A DNA stretch of 64,000 nucleotides from Pristiophorus japonicus. Its lineage: Eukaryota. This document shows positions 24,211-37,500 of this stretch, in pieces; the stretch's first letter is position 1; each line of letters opens with the position of its first letter. The translations under genes were made by a program, and so were the position numbers. Location of the stretch: positions 21,762,001-21,826,000 of the forward strand of contig NC_091993.1 in NCBI RefSeq assembly GCF_044704955.1, written 5' to 3'. The notes under the pieces were generated by a model, which was not told where the DNA came from, ran no database searches, and saw only the letters and a list, made by a program, of their open reading frames with translations.

Positions 24211-24549
24211 CTTAGTTATGCTGCGGATATGTGGTCGGAAGCTCATTTGTGGTTCAAAAATTATTTTAGATCTGTGTCTGCTGGTTACCGACCCTCCTAC
24301 CAGTGTCTCCCTATCTACACTGTCGAAACAGCTCATAATTTTGAACATTACATTTCCACTTGTGTTTATTTTCTCTAAGGAGAATGACCCAACTTCTCTA
24401 GTGTCTGCATTATTCTAGTGACTCTCCTCTGCATGCTCTCCAAAGTTTTGACATCCTTCCTAAAGTTTGCTGTTTCTTGCAAAGTTTTACCCCCACCCCC
24501 CCCAGCCACCTTGATGTGGATGATGTTTTTAAAGGACAATCTACAGTGC

Positions 24550-24955
24550 AGTTTAAACGTGATTATCCGATTGGCTGTGTCTTATTGTTTACAGTCAGGT
24601 TTTCCAATCAGAAATCAAGAACGGCTCCTTCGAATGCTATTGGTTGATAACTCGAAGTATCCTATCCAATCAGGTATCCCAACATGCGGCTAGGGTGCAA
24701 AGTGACCAATCAACGATTGGGCATCAATGCCTCTCACCGAATCAATCTGAAAGGGCAGAGTCTGGACCAATTAGGAGAGCGGAGCGACCGGGGCGAATTA
24801 CCCAATAGGCGCACGGCGCGACGGCACTGCGTCCAATGAGCGTGCGGGGAGGAAAAAGGCGCCAAGAATTGTCCGTTGCAGTTGGAGGGGGAAGATGGCG
24901 GCGGCTCGGAGAGAGAGATAGCCGCAGTCTCCGAGCCTCCTGGTGATCGGCGGCC
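24550..24955 (+). promoter_or_regulatory. TICRR: TICRR promoter/5' UTR: CCAAT-box array, E2F-like and YY1-like sites, CpG-island start
   Basis: Nine CCAAT/ATTGG at 24570-24837; AAAGGCGCCAA near 24855; AAGATGGCGGC at 24892; CpG-rich through exon 1. Confidence 0.8.
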
Positions 24956-25573
24956 ATGGTCTCTCACAACATGGCCTTCCTGATGGACACCGCGGCCTCG
25001 GAGCGCCGGCTGGGCTTCGGCCTAGCCCGGCAAGCCGCGCTGCGGGTGCTGCTGCACTCGGCCTGCCGCTGCGGCTTCGCCAACGTCCGCTGGGCTTTTA
25101 AACTCTTCGACTCGGCGGCGGCGGCGCGGGGCCGCGGGTGGCGGGGCCAGGGCTTCCGGGAGCCGCGGCTGCGGCAGCTGCAGGAGCTGGAGGAGGCCCT
25201 GAGCCGGGAGTCGGAGCGGAGCCGGGAGCAGGGGTTAGCGGCCGGCAGCACCGCCGCCGCCGCCGCCCAGGCCACTCACACCGCGCTAATCGAGGCCCTG
25301 TCCGACTACCCGTGGGACCGGCCGGACATCACGTCGCCGGCCAAATCGCGGCGTGGCTCGGCAGCCGAGGCCCCGCAGCCCCGGCCTCGCAGCTCCCTCT
25401 TCCTCTTCGCCCCCTGCCCGCATTCCCGGGCCGAGCTGCGCGGCTTCCTGCAGCTGCCTGAGGCCGAGCGCTCGCCGCACTTGGCGGACAGAATCATTCC
25501 GGCGCCTCTCCGCGCCCTGCTCGCCAGCCGCAGCGTTGCCCTGCACTGGGTGGACACCGAGCAGCACCGGCAG
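24956..25573 (+). CDS. TICRR: TICRR exon 1 (coding part)
   Basis: [13 protein letters not shown]...WVDTEQHRQ; donor CAG|GTAAGG. Confidence 0.93.
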
Positions 25574-28500
25574 GTAAGGGACGAGCGGGCCGCAGCGTTT
25601 TAAACTCTTTAAAAATGCAAAATATTCCTGATTGGAAAAAGAAAGATTTGCATTTCTATAGCGCCTTTCACGACCCAAAGCGCTTTACAGCCAATGAAGC
25701 ATTTTTTTTGGAGTGTAGTCACTGTTGTAATGTAGGATACACAGCAGCCAATTCGTGCACAGCAAGCTCCCGCAAGCAGCCCACCATCATCATAGGCAGT
25801 CCCTCGGAATCGCGGAAGACTTGCTTCCACTCCTGGAGTGAGTTCTTTGGCGGCTGAATAGTCCAATACGAGAGCCACAGACTCTGTGTGATAGTGACCA
25901 GATAATCTGTTTTCGCGATGTTGATTAAGGGATAAATATTGGTCAGTAAATTGCACCATTTGATCTTTTGCGTCCACTTGAGTGAGTAGAGCCCCTGAGC
26001 AAAGGTGGCCTTGGTTTAACGACTTGTCCTAAGACTGATCTGAAATGTGCAATAAGAACAAAAAATGCTGGGAATACTCAGCAGGTCAGGCAGCATCTGT
26101 GAAGAGAGATACCGAGTTAACATCACAGGTCGCTGAACTTTTGTCTGGATTTTAACTTCCAATGCCAGATCCTATTTATAATTCTCGTTTTCAAATCCCT
26201 TCCTGGCCTCGCCCCCTCCCTATCTCTGTAAACTCCTCCGAGATGTTAGCTGACATTGTTAATGATTCGCTCTCCTCAGGTAATGTACCCCTTTCCCTCA
26301 AATCTGCCGTGGTCACCCCGCTCAAAAGATTAGCCCTCGATCCCTCCATCCTTGCAAACTACCGCCCCATTTCCAACCTTCCTTTCCTCTCAAGTCCTTG
26401 AACATGTCACCACCTAAATCTGTGCCCATCTTTCCTGCAATTCCATGTTTGAATCCCTTCTGCACCAGCCACAGAACCGAAACAGCTCTCATCAAAGTCT
26501 CAAATTACATTCTTTGTGACAATGGCAAACTATCCCTCCTCGTCCTTTACTTGTCTACAGCCGTTGACAAGGTTGACCACTCTATCCTTGTTTGACACCT
26601 CACCTCTCTGTCGTCCAGCTGGGTGGGACTGCATTTGCCTGGTTCCATTCTTATCTAAATCATAGCCAGAGAATCACCTGCAACGGTTTTTCTTCCTACC
26701 CCTACATCGTTACCTCTGGTGTCCCCCAAGGATCTATCCTTGGCCCCCTCCTATTTGTTAACTACACATTGCCCCTTGGCGACATCATCTGGAAACACAG
26801 TGTCAGTTTCTACATGTACACTGATGACACCCAGCTCTAGCTCACTACTACTTCTCTCAACACCTCCAGGGTCTCTAAATTGTCACACTGTTTGTCTGAC
26901 ATCCAGTTCTGGATGAGCAGAAATTTTCTCCAATTGACTATAGGGAAGACCGAAGCCATTGTTTTCGGTCCCTGCCACAAACTCCGTTCCCTAACTACTG
27001 ACTCCATCCCTCTCCCCAACTTCTGTCTGAGGCTGAACCAGACTATTTGCAACCTTGGTGTCATATTTGACCCTGCAATGAGCTTTCAACCACATATCTG
27101 CAGCATAACTAAGACTGCCTATTTCCACCTCCTGTAAAATCGACCGTCTCCATCCTTGCCACAGCTCATCTGCTGCTGAAGCTCTCATCCATGCCGTTGT
27201 TACCTCTAGACTTGACTATTCCAGCACACTCCTGGCTGGCCTCCCACATTCTACCCTACGTAATCTGGAGGTGATCCATAACTTGGCTGCCTATGTCCTA
27301 ACTTGCATCAAGTCTTGCTCATCCATCATCGCTGTGCTCACTGACCTACATTGGCTTCTGGTTAAACAATGCCTTGATTTCAAAATTCTCATTCTTATTT
27401 TCAAATCCCTCCATGACCTCGCCCCTCCCTATCTCTAATCTCCTCCAGCCCCCCATGAGATGTCTGCGCTCCTCTAATTCTGCCCTCTTGACCATGTCTG
27501 ATTTATAATTGCTCAATCATTGGTGGCCGTGCCTTCTGTTGCCTCGGCCTGAAGCTGTGAAACTCCCTTCCTAAACCGTTTTGCCTCTTTCCCCCAAGAC
27601 GCTCCGTAAAACATAACTCTTTGACCAAGTTGGTCATCTGCGTTCACTTCTTGTTTGGCTCGGTGTCACATTTTTATTTCATAATACTCTTGTGAAGCGC
27701 CTCGGGACATTTCACGAAGTTAAAGGCGCTATGTAAATACAAGTTGTTGAGATCTTTGTGCTCCTTCAATTCTGGAATCACCAATTTTAATCGCTCCACC
27801 ATTGGCAGCTGTAGCTCAGTTGGTATCACTCTCGCCTCTTGAAGGTCGTGGGTTCAAGTCCCACTTAAACACAGATATAAGCTGACACTCCAGTGCTGCA
27901 CTGTTGAAGTGCCGTCTTTCAGAATAAGGTTGAGGTTCCATCTGCCCTCTGCTAGACGCAGAAGATTCTATTGCACTATTTTGAAGAGCAGGGGAATTAT
28001 CCCCAGTGTCCTGGATAATATTTATCTCTCAACTTGTTTTTTTTTTTAAGTGTTGATTATGTGGACATTATCACATTGCTGTTCATGGGAGCTTGCTGTG
28101 CACAAACTGGTTGCTCCATTTCCTACATTACCACAGTGACTACACTTCAAAAAGTACTTGATTGGCTGTAAAGTGCTTTGAGAGGTCCAGTAGTCATGGA
28201 AGGTGCTGTATAAATGCAAGTCTTTTTCTTTTTTTCACTTACCAAGTCTTTAAACTGTGGAATTCCCTCACTAAATTTCTCCACCTCTCTACCAATGTTA
28301 CCCCTAATTTTTTGGGGGTGCGCGGTCCCTTTAACTAGTTGCAGGTTCATTCAAAGTTTTGTGCATGCACGACATGTCCCATTTGAAAAGCTGTTCCCGG
28401 GCTACGTGGGACCTCAAGACAGCTATGCAGCCTAGCGGGAAGGTTGCTCTCTATTTCCCATTCCTCAAAACCTAGCTCTTTGGCTAAGCTATTGGTCACA

Positions 28501-31500
28501 TCCCTCAATATTTCCTTATGTGGCTCCTGTGAAGTGCCTTTGAACATTTTACTATATTAAAAGCGCTATATAAATGCAATTTGTTATTAATCCTTTGGTG
28601 GCCTGACTGGACCTGAGCTGCAGGATGGACTAACTTTAGAACAACAATAACTTGAGTGTCAGTTTGGCTCAGTTGGTAGCACTCTTGTCCCAGTCAAAGT
28701 TGTGGGCCTATTTGATGGGCCAATAAAGGTGACACTGAGCTAGTTGCCCTGTGTCACCAAACAAGAATCTTGTGTGCCCCTTTTAAGGGCACCACTAATA
28801 TATAAGAAACAGACATGCGTGGTCCAATCGAACTTTAAAAAATGCCAACATATGCAACAAAGAACTAACAAAACCAAAAAGAGCCTAACCCAACTAAATT
28901 ATATTTTCAGCATCTAAAAGACACACGGTGCCCAGTGGCTGTGGAAGCCTCAAGTTTATAGGCGGACACCACATGCTCACTTTCCAAAGCTACCCTGGGC
29001 CTGGTCCAAGACCTGCTCCAGGACTTGACATCATCTAGGCTGACATCTGTGCTGTACTGAGGAAGTATTGTACTGTTGGAGGTGCTTTCTTTCAGATAAA
29101 AGGTTAAACCACAGTCCTATCTCCCAATTCAGGTTCATGTATTTTTAAAAATCCTGTGACACTGTTTGCAGAATTGTACCGAGTTCTATTGTCCTGACCA
29201 AAGTTAGTGTTTCAACCAATACCACCAGCAAAATACTATTATCTGCTCATTTATTTTGTGGCTGTTTTTGGGACCTCGCTGTGCACAAATTGGCTGTTAG
29301 GTTTGCCTACATAACAAATGACTACAAAAAGTAAATTGTTCTTTAATGCACAATATTAGTGCTACTTATTTAAGGTCAGGACTGGTGCATGCAGTAATGA
29401 ACTCTTTCCCACCCAAACAGGAACAAATACAGTTTTTAAACAAAGTTCAAAGTGCAGCACTTCCCAAGCAAAAGACCCTTTTTTATTACCATATATTTGC
29501 ATAGAATAGGCTTTTATTCCCTCGAGTAAAGAAGATTAAGGTGGTGGTGATCTAATTCAGGTGTTCAAGATGATTAAAGGAGTTGATAGGGTAGATAGAG
29601 AGTAACTATTTCCTCCTAGGTGGTATCAGGAAGCACCTCTTTACACAAAGGGTTGTGGAAATCTGGAGCTGCCGCCCCCAAAAAGCTCATGAGGATGGGG
29701 GTCAATTGAAAATTTAAAAACTGAAATTGATGGGTTATGTTAGGTAAGGGATAGGGAACCACGGTGGGTAAATGGAGTTAAGATACAGATCTGCCATGAT
29801 CTAATTGAATGGTGGAACAGGCTTGAGGGGCTGAATGGCGTATTCCTGTGTAACTGAATTCGTCAAATTTTGTTGCATCAAATCAGAGTGTTAGTGCAAC
29901 ATTTACTGCTGCTGTATGCCACCTCCTTGTATGGTGTATCTTTCCCACTATTTGTTCAGGTGACTTTGAAGAGTTCATGACATTTTTTTTTTTAAAAGCC
30001 GAGTGCCCAACATTTTTCCTCGAGCAACAAATCCAAAAATCGATTTATCATTGTTGCTATTTGAGATCTTGCTATGTGGAAATATACTGCTGCATTTGCC
30101 TAAATAAGTCACTGCATTTCAAAAAGCAATTCATTGGATGTGAAGTGCTTTAGGATATGCTGAGAATGTAATAAAGCACTTACTGTTTATAATAATTCTT
30201 GGAGATAGTGCATTTCCTATTCGTATTTCCCATCACACTTTGATGCACTCATTGCTGTAAAATGGTATGTTCTTACCATGAGAGCACCATAATCCGCTAA
30301 TACTTCTGTTGCACTGGATATTGCATTTTGTCATGCACGCAAATTGCTGTCACAGCGGCAATTATTTCCTGTTAATCTCCTTGACTTCTCATTGACTGCA
30401 GGAACTGCCCAAGAGGAGTTGGCCTCTAATTCACTCCTGGAGTGCACAGCATTATAGCCTTAAAGGAGATGTCCAGGCTGTGGACCTATCGGCCTCCCAA
30501 GCCCAGCCATCTATCCCTCAAAGCCAAGGCAACTCTGTCCTATTTGCAATTCTATCTTTTACTTGTTCATTTGTCTCATTTAAATTTGATGGTTTAGAAA
30601 GCATTAAACTAAGGCCCTGTCTACCCTCTCGGGTAGAAGTAAAAGATACCACGGCACTATTTTGAAGATGAGCTTTGCGGCAGGAGAGGGGGGTGGGTAT
30701 TGGCCAATGTGCTGTCCAAAATTCCACCAACACCACTAAAACAGATCATCTGGTCATTACCTCATTGCTGTTTGTGGGACCTTGCTGAGTGCAAATTGAC
30801 AACGTGTTTATCGTAAGTATATTTGGTTTTACAATTGGGTTTTGATTTTTTTCCCCCTCCTAGTTCATTGGAGCTTCTGATCACATTGGCTATAAGATAG
30901 TCTCGGAGGTGATGCGATCGATTGGTGGAAGTTTAATTCCATTTGCTGCTTTAATGCAACTTTCACTTAATGACTCTGGTTTACTATTGGACAAAACTTT
31001 GCTGGGCTCCCAAGTTGACCTGAAGAAGATTGCTTTCGAGAATGGAACAGATGCAAAGGAGTATGTGAAACGGAGGAAAACAGTGGCTGCTACATTTCCA
31101 TTTGATTGCAACCTGAATTACTTTTTGAGTGTTGAAAGTTTCTATCGAAAGACGTTTCCTCTTCAACAAGGATTACTGATGTTTGCACAAGGTAATTATG
31201 ACCCCTTTCCCTACAGTCAGCAGATTTGAAAGTGCACTCTGTACATTAAAGATTGGCTTTTGGTCCTTTAGAATAAAATGCTTTTTTGGTTCCAGTTTTG
31301 CATTTCCTATCTTGCATTCTGCTTATACTATGTTAACCTGATGTAAAAAATCTGCAATTGAGACCTTTTAACTCTTGTTGGGATGCAGTTACAATAAAAG
31401 TTTAATATTGCAAAGCAATTTCCACTTTCACCAAAGCTCATTTGCAGTGTAAATCTAGAGTTGGGGATTAACTCCAGTCAAACTCCCCACAGAAGACATT

Positions 31501-34500
31501 CTCAGAACATTTCTGTTTGACACCACATGGGATGTAAATCCATTATAGTGTCAAATCTGGTTTTCAAATTGATCAAGGGATCATTTTTTAAACCTATCTT
31601 TTGAAAAAAAAATGTAAGTTTTCATACCTGCAGCCTAAAGTATGAAAAGGTGAAGAATTATATATTGGTTACTTTTGTCTGTTAGCATTTGATTTTTTAT
31701 CTGCTCCAATGGAGATGTTTTCCTTTTCTTCCCTTGGCTTTCTACCCAATATATAATAGAGATTGGTGAACTGAGTGTCGCAAAACTACTGTGATCACTC
31801 TGTGTCTCTAGCATTGCACAACACCATTATTCATGTCTGCCATCCTTCAAATGAGATCCCATCTGCCTGTTAGTGGGCGTTTAAAGATTTTGTTTTACTA
31901 TTTAAAGAAGTGTAGGTAGTTCTCCCATTGTCCCAGGCAGCATTTCTCCCTCAACCAACACCAACACCACCAAAACAGATCAAATGACCATTCATCTCAT
32001 TGCAGTTTGTGGGACCTTGCTGTGTGCAAAACGGTTGCTGAGCTCATCTATGTAAGTGACTGCACTTCAGAATAATTCACTGACTGAAGAGCTTTGGGCC
32101 ATTTTTTAAAAAATTCATTACTGGAATGTGGGCGTCACTGGCAAGGCCAGCATTTATTGCCCATCCCTAATTGCCCTCGAGAAGGTGGTGGTGAGGTGTG
32201 ATAGGCCATTTCAGAGGGTAGTTAACAGTCAACCACATTGCTGTGGGTCTGGAGTCACATAGGCCAGTCCGGGTAAGGACAGCAGATTTCCTTCCTAAAG
32301 GACAATAGTAATCAAGATGGGTTTTTACGACAATCTGATAGTTTCATGGTTGCTGCAACTGATACTAACTTTTTATTCCAGATTTATTTAATTAGCTGAA
32401 TTTAAATTCCACCAGCTGCTCTTCGGATCATTAGTCCAGGCCTCTGGTTTACTAGTCCAGTAACATAACCATTGCTACCGTACCCTTTACTGGAAGGTGC
32501 TATTTAAATGCAAGTTCTTTCCATTGGGTTAACTATAGTTATTTTTTTGAGAGTATTGGAAAACTCTCAAACTATTTTGTGGTTTCTGCTTGTGGACAGG
32601 AGCCCAGGAGGTGTGCTGCCCTGTCACTTTGGAGCCAGTTTCCTGTAGTCAGAAATACCTGACTGGGCCGGTGAACATTACACTAAAAGGAGCTGTAAAA
32701 AATTGGGATCCCCAAAGGACTGACCTGTTGTCAATGCATTCCTGGGTCTTGCAACGAGCTGAACAGAAGGAAACTGAAGAGAACTGCTTCCTTCAACGAC
32801 TTCTGCAGGAAATGGCTTCCAATGAAATATATGTGGTGGGTATTTTTTTCAAATAAACTATAGTTTAAAAGATGAATATTAATTGAACGTTGCAGTCGCA
32901 ACTTTTTCTCCCAGGAAGTTTAATTGTTACTTGTTGAGCAAAAGATTTATGGTACAGGTACTTGTAATATCTCTTCCAACATAACAGATGTTGATCTTAT
33001 TCACATTGCTCTGGTTAGCAGTTGGTCATATTGGAGTCTGCTTGTTGGGAAGAAATATTTAAAACCCTGAGAAGCAATCAGTACAGTATTAACTTTTTTT
33101 TCTTCATATTTTTCTAGGTTGCTGATGTGAAGACAAATGATAACCTGCCTCCGACTACAGGAATCCTGTCTCCTTTATTTAGTGGCACAGCACTGCTCAC
33201 CCTGATCGCCTGGGAACAAGTTCCAGAATTTGAGGAGCTTCTCTCGCAGGCGGAGATAACTGAGAGTAGCCAGGAGATGTTCTCGGAGCTCTCAGATGCT
33301 GTAGGCGAAGCATTGAATCATTTCTCTGATACCACTGATGAATGTCTAACATGTTCAGGTGAGAAAAAGAAGCAGCAGTATGTTATGTTCTTTTGTAGCA
33401 GTAATAGTGTTAATTTGGTCATTAATTTTATTCTTTTTCTTGGTCAGTGTATCAGGAATATTTTTCAGCTATTATTCCTTTGGTCTGAGTATTGTTGTAT
33501 TTTTAGATAAAGGATCGGGCTTCTTACACTTCAGTGAAATGTGCAATTTAATTTGTAGATGGTTATATGACATTGGTTTCCTTGAACGAGAATGCGGATG
33601 TAAGATGGTATATAAGAACAGTTGAATAGACAATTAACAGGAAAAACACAAAGTAACTGGGTGGCTCAGATTAACTGGAGAGAGTGCTCTGGCCATTGGC
33701 AAGATATTGGAAGTCTTCAGAATGGAAGACCATTTCACAGTTGCAAGTTTGGGAACTCGTGTTGAGTTATGTAGGTCTCGGAGTAATGCTCACTTTCAGA
33801 ACTGAGCAGGCTGTGCATTCATGCTGTTGACTACCATTTCTTGTCTCTGGCTCTATGGCTAGCAGGGACTCTAGGCAAAGGCCTCCACGCGGCAGTGTAA
33901 TTTATAATGCTTACAATTCAGAAATGTAGCTCTAAAGAAGAACTCGGCAGTATTCAAAATAATGTAATTTTGTAGACTTATTTTCCTTTCTAAGCTATGT
34001 TACAAAACATGTAACTTGTTAATGTTTTGTGCCTACATATAATAGATTCAGAAGTGATGGATTTAATGATGTACACTTTTTTCCTGGAAGTATAAGCCTT
34101 CCTGCCAAATCTGGTTATGTTGGGTAAGTGGAGGTGCAACTTACTCATTGGAACATGCAATGCATTGTTCATCTGGTTGGAAATTTGAGGCATCATATTT
34201 GGCTGGAGAAACCGCAAGGTCTTGAAGGACCTTGCACCTTGTAATGCTATATATTAGGGAGAAGTAAAAAGAAAACTAAAATTAAGACAAAAACAATTGT
34301 TGGAAATGCACATCTAAGGGAAGACACTGACCTGCTGTGCCTTTGTTTTTATGGCTAATATAATATATATTCATTGTTCTTTATAAATGTAATGTTTGCC
34401 TGTGGCAATATTTTATTGTGACGTGACTGACCAACTGGGTAAGTAAAATGTAAATGTGCTATGTACGGTACAGTAAAGCATTTTAATGGCGAGAATCACT

Positions 34501-37500
34501 TGATGGCTGAATGGCTCATATACTGTAGTGTTATTAATTAACATTTATGAATTGAGCTTCCTGAAGTGCTCCATCTTCACATTTGCAGCACAGTATCTGT
34601 GTAGATACAGAATGTAATAAAGTTAATTGTTGCAGTTAGTTTAATTTGTACAAAAATATCTTCCACTTTTCTCCTCGAGTGGCCTCATGTTGAGGTACTG
34701 TTCCATGGGTTGTTGTCAATCCTCTCATGATCCAGTCTGTTGTCTGATTTAAGCAACTAACTTAAAATTCTGATTTTTATTGCAGTTCCCCACTGTATAT
34801 GGTGGGTGTGTTGATTCTAATGCGATACATGTAGAAACATAGAAAATAGGTGCAGGAGTAGGCCATTCAGCCCTTCGAGCCTGCACCACCATTCAATAAG
34901 ATCATGGCTGATCATTCCCTCAGTACCCCTTTCCTGCTTTCTCTCCATACCCCTTGATCCCCTTAGCCATAAGGGCCATATCTAACTGCCTCTTGAATAT
35001 ATCTAATGAACTGGCATCAGCAACTCTCTGCGGCAGAGAATTCCACAGGTTAACAACTCTTAAGTGAAGAAGTTTCTCCTCATCTCAGTCTTAAATGGCC
35101 TATCCCTTATCCTAAGACTGTTCCCCTGGTTCTGGACTTCCCCAACATCGGGAACATTCTACCCGCATCTAACCTGTACCGTCCCGTCAGAATCTTATCT
35201 GTTTCTAAGAGATCCCCTCTCATCCTTCTAAACTCCAATGTATAAAGGCCCAGTTGGCCCAGTCTCTCCTCCTATGTCAGTCCTGCCATCCCAGGAATCA
35301 GTGTGGTGAACCTTTGCTGCATTCCCTCAATAGCAAGAACGTCCTTCAGATTAGGAGACCAAAAACTGAACACACTATTCCAGTTGAGGCCTCACCAAGG
35401 CCCTGTACAATTGTAGTAAGACCTCCCTGCTCCTATACTCAAATCCCCCAGCTATGAAAGCCAACATACCATTTGCCGCCTTCACCGCCTGCTGTACCTG
35501 TATGCCAACTTTCAATGACTGATGAACCATGACACTCAGGTCTCATTGCGCACCCCCTTTTCCTAATCTGCCGCCATTCAGATAATATTCTGTCTTCATG
35601 TTTTTACCCCCAAAGTGGATAACCTCACATTTATCCACATTATACTGCATTTGCCCACTCACCTAACCTGTCCAAGTCACCCTGCAGCCTCCGAGCATCC
35701 CCCTCACAGCTCACACCATCACCCAGTTTAGTGTCATCTGCAAATTTAGAGATATTATACTCAATTCCTTCATCCAAATCATTGATGTATATTGTAAAGA
35801 GCTGGGGTCTCAGCACTGAGCGCTGCGGCACTCCACTAGTCACTGCATGCCATTCTGAAAAGGACCTGTTTATCCCAACTCTGCTTCTTGTCTGCCAACC
35901 AGTTCTCTATAACACGTCAGTATATTGCCCCCAAAACCATGTGCTTTGATTTTGCACACAAATCTCTTGTGTGGGACCTTGTCACAAGTCTTTTGAAAGT
36001 CCAAATACACCACATCCACTGGTTCTCCCTTGTCCACTCTACTAGTTACATCCTCAAAAAAAAAGTCCAGAAGATTTGTCAAGCATGATTTCCCTTTCAT
36101 AAATCCATGCTGACTTGGACCGATCCTGTCACTGCTTTCTAAATGCGCTGCTATTTCATCCTTAATAATTGATTCCAACATTTTCCACACTATTGATGTC
36201 ACACTAACTGGTCTATAATGACCTGCTTTCTCTCTCCCTCCCTTTTTAAAAAGTGGTGTTACATTAGCTAGCCTCCAGTCCATAGGAACTGATCCAGAGT
36301 CGATAGGCTGTTGGAAAATGATCACCAATGCATCCACTATTTCTAGGGCCACTTCCTTAAGTACTCTGGGATGCAGACTATCAGGCCCCGGGATTTATCA
36401 GCCTTCAATCCCATCAATTTCTTTAACACAATTTCCTACCTTATAAGGATATCCTTCAGTTCCTCCTTCTCACTAGACCCTCGGTCCCCTAGTACTTCGG
36501 GAAGGTTATTTGTGTCTTCCTTCGTGAAGACCGAACCAAAGTATTTGTTCAATTGCTCTGCTGTTTCTTTGTTCCCTATTATAAATTCACCTGAATCCGA
36601 CTGCAAGGGACCTATGTTTGTTTTCACTAATCTTTTTCTCTTCACATATCTATAGAAGCTTTTGCAGTCAGTTTTTATGTTCCTGGCAAGCTTCTTCTTG
36701 TACTCTATTTTCCCCCTTTAATTAAACCCTTTGTCCTCCTCTGCTGAATTCTAAATTTCTCCCAATCCTCAGCATTTGTTGCTTTTTCTGGCTAATTTAT
36801 ATGCCTCTTCCTTGGATTTAACACTATCCTTAATTTCCCTTGTTAGCCACCTTCCCCGTTTTATTTTTACTCCAGACAGGGATGTACAATTGCTGAAGTT
36901 CATCCATGTGATCTTTAAATGTTTGCCATTGCCTATCCACCGTCAACCCTTTAAGTATCATTTGCCAATCTATTCTAGCCAATTCACGCTTCAAACCATC
37001 GACGTTACCTTTCCTTAAGTTCAGGACCCTTTTTTCTGAATTAACTGTGTCACACTCCATCTTAATAAAGGATTGGACGGCTTATTTGAATCTTGCTGAA
37101 ATTTGTGATCGTAGCTTTGCCCCTTCTGTTAAGCAGCATAATTACTATAATCTGCCTCCCAATCTTCGATTCCGCTCTCGTCGAGATAATGATTTCTCAT
37201 TCCAAACTATTCTCTAAATTAAAGATGTATATAAATGGAGAGGCTGGCAATAAAGCATTTGGATAAATGCAGTTCATTCTTTCTTTTTGAGCCCCAGACT
37301 GGAATCCAACAAACTTGAACTTTTTAAAAGTCATAGTGAATTCGAAACACACATTTTTATCAGAACTGATGAAAGATCATCAGCCCGAAATGTTAACTCT
37401 GTTTCTCTCTCCGCAGATGCTGCCTGACCTGAGTATTTCTGACATTTTCTCTTTATATTTCAGATTTCCAGCATCTACAGGATTTTGCTCTTATAAGAGT

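Noticed and set aside
24964-25678. Antisense and alternative-frame ORFs over exon 1
   Set aside because: Expected by-products of GC-rich sequence; no recognisable domains.
30375-30520. Possible extra exon after a pyrimidine tract plus CAG
   Set aside because: No convincing donor and no Treslin similarity; exons 1 and 2 already join in frame.
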